NCBI RefSeq assembly: GCF_002105155.1 | Contig: NW_019028992.1 | Coordinates: 620,001-684,000, forward strand | DNA length: 64,000 nucleotides | Reading direction: 5' to 3' | Source of the DNA: Lobosporangium transversale | Lineage: Eukaryota | Shown: positions 1 to 13,247 of the stretch, in pieces | Layout of the letters: every line of letters starts with the position of its first letter | Position numbering within the stretch: the first letter of the stretch is position 1 | Position numbers and translations under genes: made by a program | Notes under the pieces: generated by a model | The model's input: only the letters and a program-made list of their open reading frames with translations | Databases searched by the model: none | What the model was told of the DNA's origin: nothing

Positions 1-706
1 AAGATGGCTTTCATGAACGCTTGGTGACTACACGGACTTTTTACACAATAAATATGCTTTTGTTGTATTAATAGACTGTAATTGATAAAATTGTAAAGTG
101 TCTCCGGAACCCACAATCTTATCAAGGAAATCATACGAGCGATCTATCATGCGAGGTTTTCAAGTCATTCCCCTTATTGTATCGATACGTAATAATCAAC
201 TCTTCGTGTCTTTGTTTCCCTTGGTCGGTTGACTCGTTACACCGATAATCGCGTTATCAAATTAAACTGTGGAGCCAAGGTCTGCTGCATTTGGGGGGCT
301 TCTATAGCCTGCTAGTTTCCTGAAGTAGGGTAAAGGCGCCTCTCTTATGAGAAGATAAATTACAGCACTTGTTCAGATAAACGTGACTACCGGCTTCGTT
401 TATGCCTTTCCTTACTACTCCTTTTCCTGTCCCCCTCTTTAACATATCATTTACATTTTCCCCCCTTCGATCAGGAGAGAGACTCGTCAATCCATTCTAG
501 AACTGAGGTCAATGGGGGATTTTCTCTTATCCTTATCCTCCATAGCATTTCATTTTTTTTTTCTAAAAGATTAAGTTCCTTTTTTTTTTTTTTTTTTTTT
601 TTTTTTTGGCTAGATAAAGAGTGATTGCATAAAGGATTGAGTAGAAAATTTTCCTGTCCGTATTCAGCCTAGATGTTAATCAAGATAGTACTGTTTGTGA
701 GCAGCG

Positions 707-738
<32 letters not shown>

Positions 739-1402
739 TGGAAGCCCATCTCGAAGGTAGGCCAGTGGCCTATGGACAGATGAGTGCTGCCTTGAAAGGA
801 GTGGCTGGCAATTCCCTATCTGCCTTGGCTAGTAGGCGCCCTTCTGTTTACACGCGTCTGAAATGACACAGGATCAACAATCCGTTACTACAATCTGTTT
901 CATATAAAAAACCTTGGTGGTCCAGGGCCAATCAAGGAACGCTCTCTCTCACGCAGCTGAGCTGACCTAAGGAATTAAACCCTACATCTGGCGCATAGTA
1001 GTAGCGCGATGCCTGGTCAGGAGCTTTACCATACACTCTAGATCATAGCATGGTCCTTAATCAACACCACCTTTCCCCTACTGATCTCTACTGTGTTTTC
1101 GTGTAGTACAATGCGTTGCCAACCCCATACCCGCTCTCTGAGAGTATAGTCTTTCTAACAATCCAAATTGGCTCCAACAAAATGTATGTAGTCTAATATA
1201 CTTGGTCGCGTTCCTTCATGGTTTCGATATTAAATTTTCTTCATTCAAAAGGTGGCTGTGCTTACAAACTCAAATGTGATGTGGGGCAAGGAATAAATTT
1301 ATTTTCAAATAAATTGATAATAGACCGTAGTTGAGTAACAGATATTTTTTTTTCTTTCTTTTTTTGTAAGTCGGATGATGTTAGTCTTGCCCTGGAGTTG
1401 AT

Positions 1403-1663
1403 TTAGTAGCATTTATCAGACTCGTGGTTGCCGCTGTTCCACTTAATCATGCAGCAGCGGTAGAAAGCCCTGCAGTCGGAGATGTTGTGGCAGCGACGGT
1501 CGTCTCCAAGGTTGCCATTGCAGCAGGAGGCAGTGGCAGCACCCCAGTAAGGTTCATTCTTGGGGTTGTAGCACCACGAACCACTGTCCTGAGTAGTAGG
1601 AGCAGCCTGGACAGCGACGGCAGAGAACAAGAAAGCACCGATGAGAACCAAGGACTTGTACAT
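1403..1663 (-). CDS. Small secreted cysteine-rich protein, 86 aa, pattern C-CC-C-C-CC-C (effector/KP6-like or hydrophobin-pattern)
   Basis: Intronless ORF with a signal peptide (MYKSLVLIGAFLFSAVAVQA|AP). Eight Cys spaced C-X15-CC-X9-C-X5-C-X5-CC-X13-C. GC-richer than flanks; start context caacATG. Confidence 0.85.
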   Translation of the reverse strand: MYKSLVLIGAFLFSAVAVQAAPTTQDSGSWCYNPKNEPYWGAATASCCNGNLGDDRRCHNISDCRAFYRCCMIKWNSGNHESDKCY

Positions 1664-4600
1664 GTTGATCTACTAGAGAAAGAGAAAAGAAGTATGTCTA
1701 TTTATTAAATCTTTTTTTTCTAGCCTGCCTCGGAGTACGATCTGAAAAGGATGGGATGGGATTTTTTTTCCTCCTAATTGTAGATCTCTTCTTACAAGTT
1801 GCGCTTGTTGTGGTTTTAAGGGAATGAAAGCTGCTTGAGGAGATTGAGGAGTAGGGGCTTGATGATGAAGATGAAGAAAAAAAAAAAAGGAGCACCTTGA
1901 GGGCTTTTATAGTTGTCGCGAGAACTAACAAAGAGTGAAAGGAGTTATAGAGAAATGCATAAAAAATCACCCCTTCAAATTCTTTACATCTATTGAATAG
2001 ATTAATAGTATTCAATAAGAATATATCCTATATCCTATCGAAGAAAGAATGAAAGAATAGTAACGAATAGTAATAATGCAAATAAAAAAGAGAGGATCGG
2101 GTCCATTGTTTCATTGTTAAGGATCATACTAGAAGGAGCAGGGCTCAGTCAATTCATAAGGGGTAATACGGATATGTATGCTGAAGCGAATAACTGCTGC
2201 GATAGGCTAACAGAAAACAATATGCTGGGTGTAAGGTTCGTGAAGGTACTTTGATGTTGAATGATGTTGCACGGCACTGAACGGTGCTGAGCAATTCTGG
2301 GTTCACAGGCAAACGCTTGCAGTAGTTTGTCGTGTTGAGGCGGAAGGTAGTGCATGATTATTATGCATATCGTATTTTAATTCAATGCTTCTGAATATAT
2401 ACCTTATTACATTTAACGTATATATTAAAATTATATTTTGGCTGGCTCTCAACATATCAGTATGATTCACGCGATTTGACGTGAGGGCGTAGCCAATTGC
2501 AGATTGTTTGGGTTGCAAAAGCGATGTTCTGCAAGCATCCAATCGTAACGGTTGAAATGGGCAGGAGCGTGGGCAACTATGCAGCAAATGGATGAGGCTT
2601 GACAAAAAAAGGAAAAAAATTACGATGGTAATCCGTACGTCAACATTTCCTTTCTCTTTATTTTGTTGAAAAATGAACTAAACTTGGTTTCACGTCCGAG
2701 GGGCTTGGTCAAGAACTACAAAGTAAATCCGTGCCTGAATACCCTGCTTATGTCTATTTTTGTTTGCAAACACAAACAGCAACGGGTGACGCCTCACCAA
2801 CATAATTGATCTACAAATGTTATTCCAAAATTGTTTTGCATGGTGGGATACAGTTGACTGTTCCTTGCCTCTCAGAATTAAGGCCGACATTAGTGAAGAC
2901 TATATTCTGGTTTATGTGTGAAAGAATATCATAGTTTTATGCAGTCAAGAGCCGTAGCCTTAATATTTTGGGGCAAACGTACGAGCAATGGCTGGCTGTA
3001 TCCCTTACTACGTACCAGGCGCGTATTTTAGACTGATCACTCTCTCCCTAAATCCCTCAATGGACAGGGTAAAAAGTTTATCGAACATTATTTTTTTATA
3101 TCCCATAAGGAAGATCCAATTTTCCCGTCTAAAATATAATGTGCATAGAGAGAAAACTGTTTATTGTGTTGCATGGTACAGTGGCTCCTGTCTTGGTAAA
3201 ATGGTAAGAGTCGTGATGTCCCAAAACTACAATTCAGACACCTCAGTAGCGGACACAAATTTAAAAAATTGAGCTATAAATTCTATATCCGTTTGTATAA
3301 TGCCGCACATGCATTTGAATTCAGCATTGCGCCTGTCGGAATTACAATGCCGTTGTGTCTTCTCTGAACGGACATGTAACATGCACGCTGAAAATGTTTT
3401 AACCAATATTTGTGCTACATGCTCTCTTCCCAACAACACGTACATTTAGTACACAGTGAAAGAGCCATGCGATTTTCACTTGCTCTTTTTTTTTTGTCAG
3501 ACATCAATATCGATGGAGTATAAGCTAGCACTACGCCCTTTCTTCGCTCAATAGATACAATCCAATTGCTGTGGAATTAAATCATAAATACTTTCTAGCG
3601 CCGCGGAGGGAATCCCGAGGATAAGAAGTAACAATATAGTTTTATATGGGTAACAATATTTTAATTCACTTCCGATGATGGTTCGTGAGTAGGTTTTAGA
3701 TCAAAGCACGAGTTTCGACTTTGGTAAGAAACGCGTCTGTCTGGTAATACTAATAGAAGTCACGTAAGAATTGGCATTTGAAGTAGTAGACACTTTTTTT
3801 TTTTTTTTTTTTTTTTTTTGATCAGCGATCAATCAAACCTACCACCGTCATATCTATAGTCTACACCGTACATAGTTTTGGCTGTGCCGAAAAATTTTGA
3901 CTTCAAAATGCCTCAACGCTCTCATCTTCTCCTATTCCACGTCTGTGTGGTTTATGTATATGCAGGATATGCATTCAGCGCATGATGCAAGCAGTATATA
4001 TTCGTCCAGCCGCTATAGCCCGAGTTATTGTGTAAATGCATCTCAGCGAAGCAGTAAGGGAAGAAAGGAGGCAAGTGCATGATATGCGGCATGCAGGTGA
4101 AAAGTGCTAGCTTTGATGACCTTTGCGAGAATGAAATATCTGTAAGAAGGCAAAGACAGGTTACTTTTTTACTAATAATATATATTTTTTATTGCGTGAG
4201 CGCAAATCAATGGTTGTCTCAAAAAGGCAAAAAAAGCTCGCAACTCGCTATTCCATTATATTTACATTTTGAAGAATGTCCCATCCTCACTAGAATAGTC
4301 GACACTTGTACCACCCTCAATCTCCCAACAAAGCTTAGAAGATGGAGCTAAAGGTGTATATCCCTCTCTTACTCCGCTAACTCTTTGCATGCGCATAACC
4401 ATTTTCATCTGGAACCTTCGTAGGCTAAAAATTGTCCAAAGTAGTTACAAGATGAAGAGGGCCATTGAGACAGATCTGTGTGTGGTTGTCAAGGCAAAAT
4501 CGGCATTGGTCACATCATGTCGATAATTATAACCGTCCTCATGAGTTACCAAGAAAATTTGTCAACCTTCATTTGTGCTAATATAGAAATGGAAGCCACT

Positions 4601-4890
4601 CCTATTGAACAGACGGCAGGCAGCGCCAAGGCGTCGAGAACCAGTTGGTGTTTGTATGAAGCCGGTCATCGAACAATATGCTTCGCCTTACGCTAACCGC
4701 AAGGGTAAGTTGCTTTACACATATTCTATTAATATAATACTTTATTGTTACTCTGGTCAGGTCTCCAAACCGGTTCATTTCGTGGTAGTTAGTTAATCCA
4801 AGCTTGCAAGCGACCATGAATTTAGCACAAAACGAAGTTGACCGTACCATAGTATTCCACCTACTTAAGCGGCGCTTAACTGCTATTTTG

Positions 4891-4922
<32 letters not shown>

Positions 4923-6520
4923 CCCTAGTACTAATATTTGTACATCTGTTGGAGGATACATAGGCCCGATGTTGGGATCACAGTAGCCACGCTGCCTATG
5001 AAGCAGCATGTCCATTCGAGAAACGGCTAGTAAGCGCCGATGTATTGCTATGCCAGAAATAAAGGGAGCACAGCAGCCACTAAAGGTGATCAACCATAGA
5101 AGGCGCTTACAGGAACCGTGGAGTGTCTCAAGGCCAACATGAAATGAGATATACTCAAGGGGCTGCCATTAGAAGCCACAGCCAGAGCTAGTTGCCAAAG
5201 GCTGTTTCCACACTGATGATTACCTCGGAAGGCTGCGACTAATAGTGAAGAGGCACGTACATCTACTAACTTTACGAAAGCGACATATTAGGGGACGCCT
5301 ATGTTTCCCCAGAAAGCTCAAGAAATGGAGATTGGAGGATCGGTAAAATGTTCTTTAACTAAATTTAATCCGATGGCCCTTAGTGGACCCGGGACGACAC
5401 GCCAAGGCACATTAGTCTTAGGTGAGTGCAAGGGGCCATTAAGTATGGAGGCGGAAATGTGGGGGTGTGGCCCTGAGCTGTGGCAACGAATCTCGGTTGA
5501 GTGATGTAAGGCCCTAGTGAAGCCTTGTCGTAAGCCCATCACGGGTATGCTTAGAAAGCTCTAGGCTCCCCACCTACAGAAGACTGGAGCCAAAGGCCTG
5601 CTTAAAAAACAAGGGCTGCCAGCTCAATAATGAAGAAGGCTGTGAGTACTATTTGAGATATGAACGTAGAGATATATGGGAGATGCTGATTGTGCCAAGC
5701 TTTAGCAGCGTCTACATAAGTGGTCCTAGAAGACGAAAAAGAAACTTTAGTTAATAGGAGGGGCTGGCTCAGTTTGACGTGGTGGTGTGTAGTCCCTGTT
5801 ATCATCTCTCTTCTTCTGCGCGTATAATCATAGTTTGGTCTTTGATGACCTTAATCGTATTGTGGCTCAAAATAGTAAAACGTTTTTCTTTCAATACCTC
5901 AAACGCGCACCCGCCTTGCAGCTGTGATGTGATGGATTACTTGATAAAGCTGCATAAACGAGTTGTCTACCATTAAGGCGTTAAGGAGAGGGTAGAAAAA
6001 AGAAAGGCAGAAAAAGAAAGATAAGGCTAGACTTTTGTATAGTCTTATTGATTTGCTCAATATTACTATTTGCTTTACCTTTTTTTTTTATCGCACACCC
6101 ATACGGGTTTGCTTTCAAAAGAGGCTAGGCCTGGTTAACTTGATAGTTGTAAGAGCAGTCAAGAAAATACGCTGCGCTTTTTATTTTTTTTGTTTTCGAT
6201 AGCTAGATCTTTAGAAGATTAATCAATCTAACTGATAAAAATACCACAGACCAACGGAAAGATCCATTACTTTTGTAAGGAGACGATACAATAATCAACA
6301 ACCTAGCCATAATAGCAACAGGAAAATAATGACAGTGATCGTAAGAGAGAAAGTGACAATATAGAGGGACTGAGGAAAGGAAAGATTGCAATCCATGCTA
6401 GCTGATTTTTTTTTCTCTTTGATGACAGACTAAGCTTACATACCTGTGCAACCGTTGCCAGGGCCATTGTTTGGCTTTGACCCATCTCGGCTCTCCTTTT
6501 TGTTTTTGCATTATCCGTGA

Positions 6521-6556
<36 letters not shown>

Positions 6557-8592
6557 CCCGGAATACACGTTTGTATTCCTAACCATTGTCAGCAATAATG
6601 CTCTCCATTTTTCACAAGAAAAGAAAAGGTAGATTATGATCGTTATCACAAAATCATGATTAACAGGACACCACAACATCTGTTATACTTTTTTTTGTTT
6701 ACTTGGACATGTATGCATGAATGAATTATAGTTTGCACCAAGCTTAATACTGGGAAACCCCATAGGCTACTTCTTTTCTTTTCCTGTGAATTATACACTT
6801 TGAGTTTAAGGCATGCAGCTAGAACTAAAAAAAGTCAAATATGAAAGACTGGTCCTTTAAGGATAGTGGCGCAAATGTTCTGCTTTAATAAAGAACGTTT
6901 AGTCCATTTGAGGAATGAACATTCTAACACAGATCAATTATCAGCTATCGTCTGCAAAGGAGTTGGGTTACTGACAACGGTTCCCCGTTAAAGAAGACAA
7001 TAGCAACAAAAAAAAAAAATATTGCTCACTCCTCCACCTAAACTCTTTGTAAACCTGACCTTCATCCACCTGACTATGTGACACTCTTGGTACAAACTTT
7101 TTCAACCCGTGAAACAAAGAAAGAGGGGAGGCGGAAGATTACCTTGTTTACGTTTTTCTTTTGATTGATTACTGATATCGCACACAGAGTAGCTACCAAG
7201 TTGACCTATTTGTTGATTGCCCAATGATGCAGCCTGAATGGAGACGACGCACGGTTCGAGACGAGGAGAAGTAGAGGAATGAGCCCATGCATTATCAGGT
7301 TACATCTGATGAATGATGGGTTATTGTTTGTTTATTGCCCTTACGAGGCATTCTCATTTCTTACAAGCCTCCATTCACCTTAATGGTCAAATAAAGAGAC
7401 GTTGTATGTTTTTCTTGCATTATTTATTATTTTTGTATGACAGCCAACGACCTTTGTCCCCTCCTTTTTCTTTTCCAGTATCCAGCCCCTACATGGGAAT
7501 ACAATCAAAAGTAATCTCGAAAACAAAAAGGCATAGAGTTTGTAAACATTAAGGATTCTCCGTGGACATGGGCGATGAAGAGGCCAAAAGAAAAACCCTG
7601 CATGATGAGGAGATATGAGATTATGAGATAGGTCGATTAATAATTGTAATAACTGTTAATACCGAGAAGAAAAATGGACGCGTCTTTTATTGTTTATTGA
7701 AGACTACAGTAATGTAACTGTTCCGTATGATGTCAAAAATGCCAATCCATCCTTAAAACAAATCTTTTTTGTATATATTCCTTGCTGTTAGTTAGTAAAA
7801 AAAAAAAAAAAAAAAAAACTTAAAAGAGAATCGGACAAGAAGCAGCTATTTGAGACAAGCAAGGCCAATCTTGATTCTATCTATGACGATGGCATATTGG
7901 GTTGTAACTTTGTAAGGACATATTTGCTACTACTAACCAAAGTGCACAATATCATACATCAATGTTTATCATTATCTGTTTACATCCACTACAACTTGGT
8001 GGTCAAGATAACCCGTGCGTAGTAGTACATCGTGCCTAAGATCAATATCCAATCCAGGACCTCGAACAAAATTACTCGACTTTGGTTGTGTTGGTTTTAT
8101 AGACCCATGTGTATAGATGTAGGGAAAAAAAAGACAAATAAATAAATAAAAGACAGGGAACGGAGGTACAGATGAGTAAGATAAGGAGGAGCCAAGCACA
8201 TGGAGGGGAATGGATATTCCGGGCTTGCAGAGAGACATTGTGAGTTTAACGCGCGAATTCAATGTTCAAATGTGTTTATGCAAACAACTCGTGTTTCCCG
8301 ATTAAACACAGATTGTTTTTTCATCCTTTCTGACCTTCTAGTCAACCACAACAGTTACAGCGGCAACAACCAGGAGAATATTTTTGCTGTTTTGCTCCAC
8401 AATCGCGCCAACTTTCTTTGATCCCAAGAAATACGATCCCTCTTCGTTCTATAAAAGCTCAAGCTCCATCTCCTTGAAAAGACTTTTTTTTTTATCCCCG
8501 TCCTCTTGCCTTCACTCACAAGACTTATCCTTTGCACATACTCCTCCGCCGATCCGTTGATCCTTTCCTTCTCGCTCCGAATTTTTTTAAAC

Positions 8593-10378
8593 ATGAAGTT
8601 CACCATTTTCTCTTTGGCCGCCGCGGTCATCGCTGTAGCCTCAGCTGCGCCCGTCGTTGAAAAGCGCGCTGGCGACAACAAGCTCGTTGTTGGATACTGG
8701 GTTCCATGGGGTAAAGTCCCAGTCGAACAGGTCGACATGACCAAGTATACCCACATCAACTAGTAAGTTACCATGCTTCCAGGACGAATCAGGAGTTTTA
8801 CAGTCCCAATCCTACTTTCTCAGGTTATATTTGTCTAACATTTTACTTTGCGGTTTGAAAAAAAAAAAAAAAAAAAAAGTGGCTTCGCTGTCCTCTACAA
8901 AGGCGCTGGAAACCCCACAACCATTACCATTGACCGCTACTACGATGGTACCCCCATGAGAGCTTTGGTCGCTCGTGGTAACCAATATGGTGTCCCCATT
9001 TTGATGTCCATTGGAGGCTGGACTGGATCCCAGACCTTCTCCACAGTTGCTGCTGATGCTGGTCTTCGTAAGACCTTCATCAACAACGCCCTGGTCTTTG
9101 TTCGTAAGAACACTCTTCCTGAGTATCACGAGAAACCTGATGGCTGGAGCATGGATGGTCTCGACATCGACTGGGAATACCCCGGACGTCCTGCTGCTGC
9201 TTGCAACACCTACTCTCCTCAGGACTCTGCTAACTATCTTATTCTCCTCAAGGAGCTCCGCGCTGCTTTGGATGCTGAGTTCCCCACCAAGCGCAAGCTT
9301 TTGACCGCTGCTGTCCGTGTTCAGCCGTTCGATGGTGCCGATGGCAAGCCCTTGAAGGATGTTAGTGCCTATGCCCAATACTTTGACTGGATTGGTAAGA
9401 GGATACTTTTGATATTATGCCGTCTGTATTATTGTGAGGATGAAAATACCGTGCTTTAATGCTAATTATTCTACTTTGTATTTTGTCCTGAACCTGATAT
9501 TGGCATGGTAAGCTATCATGGCCTATGATATCATGGGATCTTGGAGTGCTACCACTGGTCCCAACGCTCCGTTCAACACCCCTGCTCCTCCAGGTGATCC
9601 ATTCTCTTTCAGGCAGTCGATTGAGGCTTGGAGATCTGCTGGCTGGCCTGCAGACAAGTTGGTCATGGGTACTGCTTTTTACGGTCGCTCAGTGACTACC
9701 ACTGTTGATATGAATACCCAGAATCCCATCAGTATGTATGTCAACAAGACCAACGTCACCCCCAAGGGAGGCCCATCTGACACCAATGACGTCAATTTCT
9801 ACTGCAATGAAGGTTCTGTCTACAGTGGTATGTGGAAGTGGAAGGAGCTCCGCGGTGCCGCTTTGTCGACCCCCACGACCGCTATTAACGGTTGGGTCCG
9901 TCGCTGGGATGCTGAGACCCAGACTCCTTGGTTGTTCCGTGCTTCAGACAAGACCTTCGTCTCTTATGATGATATTGACTCTTTGACCATCAAGGTTAAC
10001 CATGTCAACCAGCAAGGTCTCCGTGGTGTCATGCTTTGGGACATCTCGTACGATTACAACAGCGAGTTGCTCGATGTTCTCCAGAAGGTCCATTGCACTA
10101 ACTGCCCCGTCATCACTACCACCGGCTACACTACCATCGTCCCCACCACCACTGTTGACACTGGCATCCCCTCCTCTACTAGCACTGTCGTTGCCACCAC
10201 TACCGCTGGTACTGGTCTCTGTGCCGGTGTTGCTCCTTGGAACAGCGCTACAGTTTATGCCGCTCCTGGTACCAAGGTCACCTACAATGGCCGTCTTTAC
10301 ACCAACAATTGGTGGACCCAGGGTGAGGCCCCCAGTGGCTCTGCCTGGGGTGTCTGGAAGGATGTTGGTGCCTGCTAA
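8593..10378 (+). CDS. Secreted GH18 chitinase with Thr-rich linker and C-terminal CBM5/12-type chitin-binding module (3 exons)
   Basis: Exons 8593-8762, 8880-9394, 9513-10378 with GT-AG introns; splicing restores HINYGFA and WIAIMAYD. Signal peptide, KR site, SIGGW, catalytic DGLDIDWEYP, MAYD and GVMLW. C-terminal PWNSATVY...KVTYNGRLY..NWWTQGEAP. Confidence 0.95.
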
Positions 10379-11515
10379 AATGCTTATCTGATCCTCAGGC
10401 ATGCCCTTCACCCATTATTTTTTTTATTTGGTAAAATTAAGTGCAGGTTCACTCATGCAAGCTCTAGCATGGCCATCAATCATATTCAAAAAAAAAAAAA
10501 AAAAAAAAGTCTCATTTTTGATTCTAAGGAAATAAAGCAAAGTAACAGATCGCTGTGCGAATGTTATTATTAAAATTTCATCCCTGTTCGACTGATGTAA
10601 CAGTTTCAGACATCGCAACTTAAAAAACGCTGCACCATGTAATGGGTCATTTCGGCAGTTTATTTATCACAATGTGAGGTTTTGTCAGCCAAAGACAAAT
10701 GGACAATGGTAGACAGATCTCACAGAACAGAAAAAGGTATTCAAGCAGGCTCCTTGAGGAAAGGATATGTGGCTCATGAACAATGAACGTATACTTTGGG
10801 GAGAAGGAAGAAGGAGCATTCTAACAGTGATTGCCCTGAGCACCGGTCAGTAAACAAGCAGAGCAAATAAAGCTACAGGCGAAGAACACTGAGTTTATGA
10901 TAGTGTTTGTTGACTTTTGTCGGAAGGCATATCAGTCATACGCTGCTGTACTTTTCAGGTTGCTTCGTTATAGGATGATGTTGCTTTCAAAGAGATTTTG
11001 TACATTTCTCACTGACAAACTTGAGTTTGATTGATAAAGGCCGCCTTTGCTGTGCTACCTTTTTTTTTTTTTCCTTCACTTTTCTTTTTGTATTTCATCG
11101 TCGAACGCCTGTTAATGCTTGAAGGCAGAGTCGACCGAGAGTACAGCAAGGATGCTCAACCTCCCGTGGACCTTCCCGTGAGCCATAGATGACTGTGGAG
11201 TGACGGTGATGATGGCGGTATTGAACATTGGCTTCCATAGGCCGTGCACGTTGATAGACAGTATAGTTGGTATTTCGCTGTGAACTGGAAGCCTCCATGG
11301 TTAGAAAGAGTTTAATATAGGAAGGAAAGTACAAGTTGTTTTTGCTTTGCAGCGTGGGAAAAGAGGAAACGATGTCTTGAAGGGCAAAGAGGGTAAAAGA
11401 TACAGGTTGCTCAAAGAAATAAGAAATAGAGTATTGTTGGTTGTTTATGGGACGACAAATTGTTTAAAAAAGATTGGGTTTTATATTTTGTATTTTAACA
11501 CAGCCCATGCATGGG

Positions 11516-11547
<32 letters not shown>

Positions 11548-11570
11548 GAAAAAAGTAGTCGACTCTTCTA

Positions 11571-11826
11571 CAGTGGAATCTCGATAATTGTACACTTTTG
11601 TACAATTTTCGAATTTGCTATATTTCTCGGTTATTGATTGGCTAAGAAGCCGACAATTCATGAAAAACTATTCTAAAAATCCTCTGCTGATTCCCCTACT
11701 CCAGTTGAGTGTGGGTTTTTTAGAATACTTTTTTTTAAAAGAGTAAGGCTCTTAGCCAACCAATGGCCTAGAAATATATCAAATTTGAAATTTGTACAAA
11801 AGTGTACAATTATCGAGATTCCACTG
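11571..11826. mobile_element. Tc1/mariner (pogo-like) MITE, 256 bp, foldback
   Basis: Perfect 35-bp TIR CAGTGGAATCTCGATAATTGTACACTTTTGTACAA, continuing imperfectly inward. TA on both sides (11569-11570, 11827-11828). No coding capacity. Confidence 0.9.
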
Positions 11827-13247
11827 TATCTCTTTTTTGTCTTTGTTCGATTGCCGCCAAAACTACATGCCCTATGACGATCAAAGAGGATAAAGCTATT
11901 TGGAAACACAGCATTAATGACACCGCCTCCAACAATGTACGGCTGTAGTTGAGAAAGGAGCTTCAAACTTGTCATAAAGACAAGTGGCATATAGTATACA
12001 TCTTTAGTAAAAAGCCTGCCATACCCTTTCCCATTGACATTGTTTTCTATGGGTGATGGCAGTACCTATCCTCGCAAGCACATCGCGAGGAATAAAAAAT
12101 CGATCCACCAAATTTCTCCTTCGCGGAAGAGCCGATCATTTGATGCAAATAAAAATGAAAAGGCTGTCTTTAAAAGTAAGCTTTCTGTGCCAAGCAAATA
12201 TACATGATCAAATCAATGTTAGGCTGTCCCATATGAGCATTACAAAATCATCAATTGAGCAATAAAAGTTTAAAGTAAGCTATGCTCCAAGCGTTCTGGT
12301 TGTACGGTAATAAGGGAGGCAGTGCAGGTATAGCCAACACAGCTCCTCTTTCTGTTGAAGGTTAGTGGCCCTCATAAGTCCCTTGATCGAAATTTTACTC
12401 CAATGTGGTACGTACCTTAATATTTAAGCTGATGATGATATTCCTGCGTCCGCTCAAGTCTTCAGTAATCCAACCATCTTTTGCTTCTCATTTATAGTGC
12501 TTGTAGAGCTTGTACTGATTAAAGTAATAGGTATATCTGTGAATATGATAGCGATCGGCCAATACCTACCAAGCGCACGGTATGGAGTGCGAGTAATTAG
12601 GGTCAAGGAGAGGAGGGGACGGTAATCCAACTTTGATGCTGTGGACATTCTGTTGAGCCGAGATTTCGAATCTCAGGCTTTAACATTCCCTGGATCTAGG
12701 GCTGATCCAGCTCGGTCCTTACGCACTTTTAATTCTCTTCCTGCTTTCCCCTTCTCTATCACAAGGAAATTTATTAAGGCTGGGTTCGATAATAAGAGTC
12801 AGCGTCTTGGTTCGAATGAAAGTATTAGAGGAATAGAGGTCTTTAGATATATTCTTTAAGGATAGGCCAATCCTTTTTTTTCTTTTTTTTTTCTGGTTGT
12901 TTAGTATCTAAGGTAATGCCAACCTAGTTGGCCTGCATGGCAGTTAGTAAGTTGATCTAGTCTTGCTGCATTTGAGAGAGCACGGATGAATGATGATATC
13001 CATGAATACTAATTCTTGTTCTACATGCTATACATGGAGTATTTTCTACACACATTTATACTATGAGGAAACAGCTCCATATCTCTAACAAAAGAAAAAA
13101 GAAAAGAACAATTTTTGCAACTGTTCCCTGTGTAGATGGACAAAAACAAAAAAAAAGACTTGTCTAAAATGAAAGGAACATGTTTATTCTTATGTAGAGT
13201 ATCTTGAAAAAAAAGCTAAATCTTTGGATTCCTTAGACTGGAAAGTA

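Noticed and set aside
4600..4710. KP......YANRKG resembling a PIF/Harbinger transposase motif
   Set aside because: Single short motif with no extended frame, TIRs or other catalytic residues.
4960..5760. GC-richer stretch that might be a retroelement remnant
   Set aside because: No RT, RNase H or integrase motif could be read in any frame.
8812..10411. Long antisense and alternate-frame ORFs over the chitinase (and over other core genes)
   Set aside because: Shadows of codon bias and low-complexity coding sequence.
11095..11298. 67-aa minus-strand ORF with aaccATGG context
   Set aside because: No recognisable domain or independent support; could be chance.
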